DNA of 64,000 nucleotides from Minisyncoccota bacterium (GTDB lineage Bacteria; Patescibacteriota; Minisyncoccia; UBA6257; 02-FULL-45-10c): NCBI GenBank assembly GCA_028716745.1, contig JAQUPE010000001.1, positions 30,203 to 94,202 of the forward strand, read 5' to 3'. Shown piece by piece: positions 58,946 to 64,000 of this stretch (position 1 is its first letter; each line of letters starts with the position of its first letter). The notes under the pieces were generated by a model. It saw only the letters and a program-made list of their open reading frames with translations, ran no database searches and was not told where the DNA came from. The position numbers and the translations under genes were made by a program.

Positions 58946-60260
58946 ATGATAGAAAATATATTGGATTTTTTAATGCCTCATATTACGGGAATCGGCAATT
59001 CGGCTGCCGACATTTTTAACGCTTTTTGGTGGATTCTAATTCCTTTTGGAATGCTGTTTTGGTGGCTTGAATTTTGGGCTTGGGGAACCGGTCTTATGTG
59101 GAAAAAGGCTATTAAGTGGGTTTTGCTGGAAGTAAAAGTTCCCAAGGATATTTTAAAAACTCCAAAGGCGATGGAAAATATTTTTACTTCGCTGCACGCT
59201 CTTTATGGATCCGATCCTAATTGGGAGGAGAAATTTTTTAGGGGAAAATCTTTGTTTTGGCTTAGCGCCGAGATGGTAAGTTTTGGCGGCGGGGGAATAC
59301 ATTTTTATTTCAGGGTTCCTGCGGCAAATCGCAATTTGATTGAAAATGCCCTGTATGCGGAATATCCGGACGCGGAGGTTTCTATTGTTGATGATTATAT
59401 TAATTTGGTTCCGGATGTTCTTCCAAATGAAGTTTTTGATATTTGGGGGAATGATTTTGTTTTAGCCAAGGACAGCGCTTATCCGATTAGAACTTATGAA
59501 TTTTTTTGAAGAGAACGTGGAAGAGAGAAGGCTGGATCCGGTTTCGGCTATTACCGAAGTAATGTCTCGCCTTAAAGAAGGCGAGGCTATTTGGCTTCAG
59601 CTTTTAATAAAGCCGGTAAGTGATAAATGGAAGAAGGGAGGAGAGGAGATAAGAGACAAAATAATGCAGAGGAAAAAAGATAAAAAGAAGGGCCCTCTTG
59701 AGGAATTTGCAGATGGCATATTTCACTTTTTCAGAAATCTTACGAAAGGCGCAGTTGAGCCTCCGGATTGGCCGGAAAAGAAAAAATCCGAAGAAAAGCT
59801 GAAGATGCTTGTTTTGTCTCCAGGCGAAAGAGAAGTGCTGGAAAGAGTTGAAGCAAAAATAGCCAAGCTCGGGTTTGAATCGATGATTCGTTTTGTATAT
59901 ATAGACAAAAAAGATAGTTTTACTCCGATGAATGTTTCCGCGGTTACGGGAGCTTTCAAGCAGTTTAATACGCAAAATTTAAATTCTTTTAAAATGGACG
60001 GAGATACCAGAACGGCCGTAACCGACAGAAAATTTACGACAAAAAGCTGGTTCAGAAAAAAGAAAATATATTTCCGCAAAAGAAAGATTTTCGACTGGTA
60101 TAAATTGCGCGGATTCTCTTCGTCTAAGCCGTACCCGGTTTTGAATGCGGAGGAATTGGCCACTATTTTCCATTTTCCGATTACTTCTGTCGGGGCTCCG
60201 TTGTTGCGTCGTTTGGAAACTAGAAAAGGAGAGCCGCCTCATGGCCTTCCAATAGAATAA
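58946..60260 (+). pseudogene. membrane protein gene split by a frameshift at a T7 homopolymer (58946..59509 + 59496..60260)
   Basis: Two overlapping ORFs in adjacent frames join into one ~437-aa product if the T-run 59501-59507 had 6 T; N-terminal part has two or more transmembrane helices. Confidence 0.4.
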
Positions 60261-60264
60261 AAAT

Positions 60265-61800
60265 ATGTCAGAAATAAGTTTTTTAGGGCAGACAAATTTT
60301 AGGGGGCAGGAAAAGAAATTCGGCATTAAGTCGGATGATCGCCGCCGCCATATTTATGTTGTCGGAAAAACCGGCATGGGTAAAACAACCTTGCTGGAAA
60401 ATATGATAATTGCCGATATGAACGCCGGACGCGGGGTAGGCGTTGTTGATCCGCATGGAGAATTAGCGGAAAAAATATTGGATTTTGTTCCGGAAGACCG
60501 CGTAAATGACGTCGTTTACTTCAATCCGGCAGATATGGCCTTCCCGATAGCGTTTAATCCGTTAGAGCAAGTAGGTACAGAATACAGGCATTTAGTGGCC
60601 TCCGGCATCATGGCGGTGTTTAAAAAGATCTGGCCGGATGTTTGGTCTGCCAGAATGGAATATATTTTAAACAATTCTTTATTGGCTCTTTTGGAATATC
60701 CGGGATCAACATTGCTTGGAATAATGCGTATTCTTTCGGATAAAGCTTATCGCCAGACAGTTGTGGAAAATCTTAAAGACCCGGTTGTTAAAAGCTTCTG
60801 GGTAAATGAATTTGCAAAATATACTCAGCGCTTGGAGAGCGAGGCCACGGCAGCTATTCAGAACAAAGTCGGACAATTTGTTACCAATCCTTTGATAAGA
60901 AATATTCTTGGACAGCCTCATTCTTCCATCAATATGCGCGATGTGATGGATAAAAAGAAAATATTAATCGTTAATTTATCAAAAGGAAGAATAGGCGAGG
61001 ATAATTCTTCTTTGCTTGGAGCAATGATTATTACAAAGCTTCAGCTTGCGGCGATGTCCAGAATAGAAGTGCCGGAAGCACAAAGAATAGATTTTAATTT
61101 ATATGTCGATGAGTTTCAGAACTTTGCCACAGATTCATTTGCCATGATTTTGTCGGAGGCGAGAAAATACCGCCTGGATTTGATTTTGGCGCACCAATAT
61201 TTGGGCCAGCTCGAAACAGACGGCAGTTCGCGCGTGCAAGACGCTATTTTCGGTAACGTCGGTACGATGATTTCTTTCCGTGTTGGAGCCGAGGACGGAG
61301 AATTTTTGGAAAAAGAATTTCAGCCGGATTTTATGATGAACGACTTTGTTAATCTTCCAAAATATAATTTTTATATAAAACTGATGATAGACGGCGTGGC
61401 TTCGCGTCCTTTTTCGGCGCAAACTATCGCCCCAATGCCGGTGCCTGAGGAAAATTTTAAAAATATGCTTATAGAGGCAAGCAGAAAAAATTACGGCACC
61501 CCTCAGGAGGTTGTGGAAAAGAAAATTGCCAGCGAGTGGGTAGGAGAAGGCGGAAAAGTTATGAATGACAGGTTGTCGCACCAAGGAGAACAATCTCTTT
61601 CTAAAGTTTTAGGCGCCCCGGCGGAAAACCGATCGTCTGAAGAAAAAGATTTTGTTCCGCATGAGCCGAGAAGGCCGGAACGGGAGAGAAAAGAAGTGGA
61701 TATTTCCGATTTAAGAAGAACCCTGGAGGAAGCGCTGGGAAAGAGTATTAAAGATGAAGATGATGAAGCGACTGGGAAGGAGGGAAAGCCGGAGCAGTAA
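60265..61800 (+). CDS. type IV secretion coupling-protein-like P-loop ATPase (VirD4/TraD/TraG family)
   Basis: Walker A YVVGKTGMGKTT, VVDPHGEL (the DPKGE-like motif), Walker B LYVDEFQNF, AHQYLGQLE; no N-terminal transmembrane anchor in this ORF. Confidence 0.55.
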   Translation: MSEISFLGQTNFRGQEKKFGIKSDDRRRHIYVVGKTGMGKTTLLENMIIADMNAGRGVGVVDPHGELAEKILDFVPEDRVNDVVYFNPADMAFPIAFNPLEQVGTEYRHLVASGIMAVFKKIWPDVWSARMEYILNNSLLALLEYPGSTLLGIMRILSDKAYRQTVVENLKDPVVKSFWVNEFAKYTQRLESEATAAIQNKVGQFVTNPLIRNILGQPHSSINMRDVMDKKKILIVNLSKGRIGEDNSSLLGAMIITKLQLAAMSRIEVPEAQRIDFNLYVDEFQNFATDSFAMILSEARKYRLDLILAHQYLGQLETDGSSRVQDAIFGNVGTMISFRVGAEDGEFLEKEFQPDFMMNDFVNLPKYNFYIKLMIDGVASRPFSAQTIAPMPVPEENFKNMLIEASRKNYGTPQEVVEKKIASEWVGEGGKVMNDRLSHQGEQSLSKVLGAPAENRSSEEKDFVPHEPRRPERERKEVDISDLRRTLEEALGKSIKDEDDEATGKEGKPEQ

Positions 61801-61835
61801 TCCGTTATTTTAAATTTTTATAAAGGGGAGGAATT

Positions 61836-62063
61836 ATGAATGTGCTTTCCTATTTTTGCGTTTTGTTTTTTGCTTGGTCGGAAATATGCGATCTTTTGAA
61901 AATAAGCGTAACTCGCAGCCTGATTATTCTTGCGTTGTTTGTCGGCGTTGGAATCTTCAGCTGGGGATTAAGCCTCAAGACGCTCGCGTTTGCATCGATT
62001 TGGCTGATGGCGCTATCGATGCAGATAATCGGACGCCTATGGTGGAAGCATTTTCCTGTTTAA
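61836..62063 (+). CDS. small membrane protein, hypothetical
   Basis: 75-aa ORF, two hydrophobic helices, SD aaaggggaggaattATG. Confidence 0.35.
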   Translation: MNVLSYFCVLFFAWSEICDLLKISVTRSLIILALFVGVGIFSWGLSLKTLAFASIWLMALSMQIIGRLWWKHFPV

Positions 62064-62220
62064 ATTTTTTTATCTCAGTTATTTTAAAGCCTCGCGTTGC
62101 GAGGCTTTTTGTTTATCTATTGCTAAAATAGATAATTTGTGGTATTTTATAAAAACGCATCATTAACAACCGGTTAAGGGGGAATAGAGAAAATGAGAAA
62201 TGGAATGAGGGAGGTAGCTA

Positions 62221-62606
62221 TGGCTGACGTGCAGACGGGCAAGCAGATGAGGGCATCGGCGATCGTGTGGCTGGTGATATTGTTCGCGATTTTGACGGTA
62301 ATCTGTTTTGACGGATTATCGCGCATGGGGATTAGCACCATCATCCTTTTGCTCGCGCTCGGAGTGCTTTCTCTGGTCGCGGAGCTTCTGCTGGAAAAAT
62401 ACGTTTTCGATTCAGCAAAAAAACAGGAGTCTGTGATGCCAGTAGAACCGGAATTGCCTCCGTGGAAAAAGTATCGTTCAGGGGATCCTCTTTTCAGATA
62501 TCCTGAAAATAAGAAGGAACTGGAGGAGTATATTGCGGAGACTCATCCGTACATGAACAGGGAAGACAGACGGAAGATGGTAAAGGAGATAAGGAGAAAA
62601 AAATAG
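62221..62606 (+). CDS. small membrane protein, hypothetical (start probably MADVQ at 62221)
   Basis: SD gagggagg before the ATGGCTGAC; two transmembrane helices, basic C-terminus. Confidence 0.4.
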
Positions 62607-62621
62607 CACAGTTCTTTCGAC

Positions 62622-62652
62622 TCAAAAAACACCCACCCGGGTGTTTTATTTT
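62622..62652. terminator. bidirectional terminator aaaaaacacccacccgggtgttttatttt
   Basis: near-identical copy at 63014-63044. Confidence 0.6.
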
Positions 62653-62659
62653 TGACATT

Positions 62660-62998
62660 TTGGCTGAAAGAATATTAACTAAGGGCAGCAGTTTAAAATT
62701 TCTTTACGAGGAGAAACAAATGATTAGACTGGTGATTTATTTTTTAATCATCGCGGTTATTTGGGCAATAGTTGTTCGGAAGGGAGTAATAGCTAAGTGG
62801 GGCACCTTCAGGATCCTTATGTGGACGGTAGGCGCCGGAGTCGGACCTGTTCTTTGGGGGTTTAAAAGAAAAGCGGCGGTATATGCCGTTGTATTTATAC
62901 TCCTACAAATTCTGGGCCAGATTTATCTAAAGATAAAGAAAAATAGGCGGAAAAAAATTACTTACGAATGGCTAAAAAGAGAAGCGGAATTTAAATAA
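62660..62998 (+). CDS. small membrane protein, hypothetical
   Basis: 112-aa ORF with three hydrophobic helices. Confidence 0.4.
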   Translation: MAERILTKGSSLKFLYEEKQMIRLVIYFLIIAVIWAIVVRKGVIAKWGTFRILMWTVGAGVGPVLWGFKRKAAVYAVVFILLQILGQIYLKIKKNRRKKITYEWLKREAEFK

Positions 62999-63013
62999 GG
63001 AGCGACCCAAATC

Positions 63014-63044
63014 AAAAAACACCCACCTGGGTGTTTTATTTTAT
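63014..63044. terminator. bidirectional terminator aaaaaacacccacctgggtgttttatttt (serves convergent efp)
   Basis: hairpin acaccc/gggtgt flanked by A-run and T-run. Confidence 0.6.
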
Positions 63045-63062
63045 TTATAGTAGTTTGCCGAA

Positions 63063-63635
63063 TTATTTAGCTTTTTCCACTCTCTCAACGTATTCTCCGG
63101 TCTGAGTATTTACGCGGATAATATCATCGTTATTTACAAAAAGCGGAACGGCCACCTCGGCTCCATTTTCCATAACAGCTATCTTGGAACCGCCTTGGGC
63201 TGTGTTGCCGCGTTCTCCGGGAGGAGTTTCTTTAACTTTCAAATCAACTTTTATAGGAGGAATAATATCTAAAATTTGTTCATCTAATTTTACAGCTGTA
63301 ACTTCGGAGTTTGATTTTAAAAACTTTCCGGCTGGACCTATCTTTGCTTCCGGTAAAGTGAAGCGATTTTTTGGATTTCCTTTCTCGCAGAACCAAAATT
63401 CTCCTCTATTATTGTAGAGATAAATAATGGGGGTTTTTTCCACATCAATATCTTCTAATTTTTCATTTTGATGGAAGGCGCGCTCAAGAACTTGGCCGGT
63501 AATAAGGTTTTTTAGCCTGGTTTTAGCCACTGGCTTCCTTTGTTGCATGCGTAAAAACTCGTATTCAAGCACTTGATACGGCTGGCCCTCAAACTTGAAC
63601 ATTGTTCCGATTTTTAACTCGTTATAACTCAACAT
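63063..63635 (-). CDS. efp: elongation factor P
   Basis: MLSYNELKIGTMFKFEGQPYQVLEYEF...; KOW/OB domains; 190 aa. Confidence 0.9.
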   Translation of the reverse strand: MLSYNELKIGTMFKFEGQPYQVLEYEFLRMQQRKPVAKTRLKNLITGQVLERAFHQNEKLEDIDVEKTPIIYLYNNRGEFWFCEKGNPKNRFTLPEAKIGPAGKFLKSNSEVTAVKLDEQILDIIPPIKVDLKVKETPPGERGNTAQGGSKIAVMENGAEVAVPLFVNNDDIIRVNTQTGEYVERVEKAK

Positions 63636-63709
63636 GTTTAAGAGTTTATCTTATTTAATTGGAAAAATCAACTTTAAAATGTTAATATATAAGTCATAAG
63701 TCATTTATT

Positions 63710-64000
63710 ATGCATCTTAAACGTCTGGAATTATTAGGATTTAAATCATTTGCGCAAAAGACCGTCCTGGATTTTCCGGGCGGTATTGCCGGAATCGTCG
63801 GGCCTAATGGGTCCGGAAAATCTAACGTTATCGATTCGGTTCGCTGGATTTTGGGCGAAAGAGAGGCTAAAAACTTGAGAGGCGTTAAGGCAGAGGATCT
63901 TATTTTCGCCGGTACGCAGAAAAGACCGAGAATGGGCATGGCGCAGGTGTCGCTTACTTTTGATAACTCATCCGGATTTTTTCCGGTGGATTATAACGAA
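63710..64000 (+). CDS. smc: chromosome partition protein SMC, N-terminal fragment (continues beyond window)
   Basis: MHLKRLELLGFKSFAQKTVLDFPGGIAGIVGPNGSGKSNVIDSVRWILGE Walker A/SMC N-terminus; the minus-strand track ORF 63694..63939 is its antisense shadow. Confidence 0.85.
   Translation, partial: MHLKRLELLGFKSFAQKTVLDFPGGIAGIVGPNGSGKSNVIDSVRWILGEREAKNLRGVKAEDLIFAGTQKRPRMGMAQVSLTFDNSSGFFPVDYNE

Noticed and set aside
63694-63939. 81-aa minus-strand ORF
   Set aside because: Antisense to the clearly recognisable SMC N-terminus (Walker A GPNGSGKSN) on the plus strand.

Overview
The window reads as a low-G+C, gene-dense bacterial chromosome segment made almost entirely of housekeeping operons on both strands. 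Plus-strand genes include ligA, gatCA, pheST, rpsP-KH-trmD, rpsB-tsf, apt-mtnP, pcm, rplJL, a dcw cluster mraZ-rsmH-ftsL-ftsI-murF, rplU, secDF and the start of smc. Minus-strand genes include recR-dnaB-cysS, a CIRCE-controlled hrcA-grpE-dnaK-X-dnaJ operon, and efp. Several proteins are unusually short (PheT 657 aa, EF-Ts 147 aa, HrcA 239 aa) and multiple pilin-like proteins are present; this looks like a reduced Patescibacteria/CPR-type genome, but that is an inference. I identified 10 tRNA genes by hand (Asp, fMet, Met, Tyr, Thr-TGT, Thr-GGT, Trp, Val-CAC, Glu-CTC, Lys-TTT). I also identified one gene missing from the ORF track (rpmG, 56 aa). Interspersed in the host background are small islets of visibly higher G+C carrying 1-2 genes each with strong GGAGG-type Shine-Dalgarno sites; this includes an asd gene closely resembling the E. 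coli type, pointing to recurrent horizontal acquisition. The most interesting loci follow. (1) An AT-rich three-gene island next to tRNA-Val encodes a GHKL-ATPase-like protein, a STAS-like protein and an unknown protein. (2) A cassette of tandem SD-driven micro-ORFs encodes paralogous 'GCCG'-motif peptides upstream of a zinc-ribbon protein. (3) A family of ~40-bp perfect palindromic repeats (3 copies) sits beside G-rich tracts. (4) Two unrelated minus-strand genes share a paralogous promoter-plus-leader cassette. (5) A tandemly duplicated cassette pairs a secreted Cys-rich Fn3-like protein with a small membrane protein. (6) A thioredoxin(CEPC) / FTR-catalytic-like / C39-like peptidase cluster. 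(7) A T4SS coupling-protein-like ATPase lies downstream of a gene split at a poly-T tract. No CRISPR array, rRNA or recognisable transposase was seen.
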